A DNA stretch of 64,000 bases, from contig SFJE01000004.1 in assembly GCA_004555175.1 (NCBI GenBank), forward strand, positions 3,909 through 67,908, read 5' to 3'. Each line of letters begins with the position of its first letter. The stretch's first letter is position 1. Positions 63,571 through 64,000 of the stretch are shown here, in pieces. Source of the DNA: Lentisphaeraceae bacterium. GTDB lineage: Bacteria; Verrucomicrobiota; Kiritimatiellia; RFP12; DVOR01. The notes beneath the pieces are model-generated. The model saw only the letters and a program-made list of their open reading frames with translations. It was not told the DNA's origin and did no database searches. A program made the position numbers and the translations under genes.

Positions 63571-64000
63571 ATGACATCTCAAGTGGCCCTAACGGGCGGC
63601 ATTGCGTGCGGCAAGAGTATGGCGGAGGCCTGTTTTAGGGCCTGTGGGTGCCGCGTGCTAGATGCCGACCGCGTGGTTTGGGCGTTGGAGGCGCCGGGGG
63701 GCGAAGCGGTGGAGCCGATTGTGGCGCGTTTTGGGCGCGAGGTATTGGGGGCGGATGGGGGGATTGACCGCAAGGCGTTGGCCGAGCGGGTCTTTGGGGA
63801 TGCGCAGGCGCGGCAGGCGTTAGAGGCGATTGTGCACCCCTTGGTGCGTGCGGCGGTGGCGCGTTGGTTGGGGGAGGCGCGTGCGGGGGAGGTGAGTATC
63901 TTCTCGGCGGCTTTGCTGTATGAGTGTGGGTGGGAGGCTGCGTGGCCGGTGGTGGTTTGCGTGGCCGCTTCGGAGGCGACGCAGGTGCGGCGGATGGTGG
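63571..64000 (+). CDS. coaE: dephospho-CoA kinase (partial, runs off window end)
   Basis: MTSQVALTGGIACGKSMAEA has a P-loop at the extreme N-terminus as in CoaE. The frame stays open to position 64000. Confidence 0.8.
   Translation, partial: MTSQVALTGGIACGKSMAEACFRACGCRVLDADRVVWALEAPGGEAVEPIVARFGREVLGADGGIDRKALAERVFGDAQARQALEAIVHPLVRAAVARWLGEARAGEVSIFSAALLYECGWEAAWPVVVCVAASEATQVRRMV

Overview
This 64-kb window is GC-rich (~65-70%) bacterial chromosomal DNA. Coding is dense and almost entirely on the minus strand for the first ~34 kb. Protein families (abundant prepilin-type N-terminal domains, prenyltransferase/squalene-oxidase repeat protein, secreted C10/C25 peptidases) and the GC content suggest a PVC-type or similar Gram-negative organism, but that is a weak inference.

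The dominant content (1-24250) is a ~24-kb cluster encoding a complete type IVa pilus / T2SS-like machine, all on the minus strand:
- major pilin;
- LamG/beta-helix secreted protein, then PilM, PilN, PilO, PilP and the secretin;
- PilT-like retraction ATPase;
- TPR + GspE-N-like domain protein;
- hybrid sensor kinase and a sigma-54-dependent (PilR-like) response regulator;
- two or three pseudopilins, including a giant GspK/PilX-like one;
- GspE/PilB ATPase, GspF/PilC platform protein, and a polytopic membrane protein that runs off the window start.

Two textbook sigma-54 promoters (TGGCACG-N4-TTGCA) sit in front of the pilin gene and in front of the LamG-pilMNOP-secretin operon. rpoN itself lies at 47317-48792. 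Tandem heptamer arrays containing CTGTC lie about 130 bp upstream of the pilMNOP-secretin-operon promoter, and similar arrays recur at five intergenic loci.

The rest of the window holds:
- a split type-I-PKS-like module (KS ORF, then linker-AT-DH-PPTase ORF) whose catalytic motifs look substituted;
- polyamine genes (speA, saccharopine-DH/carboxynorspermidine-synthase-like);
- proA, 5-FTHF cyclo-ligase, galE, a Ser/Thr kinase, recO, rpoN, DJ-1, secreted C10 and C25 peptidases;
- a GT2 glycosyltransferase, NYN-domain protein, BatA-like VWA protein;
- a tRNA-Val/Leu/Gly cluster, bioA, glf, lepB, patatin, and partial coaE at the end.

Several small repeat families populate the intergenic regions: a CCTACCTCGAGGTAGG palindrome family at three loci, CNGACAG heptamer arrays including two copies of a ~150-bp composite element, and CCGGAAA tandem repeats. 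No transposase, integrase or CRISPR array was seen.
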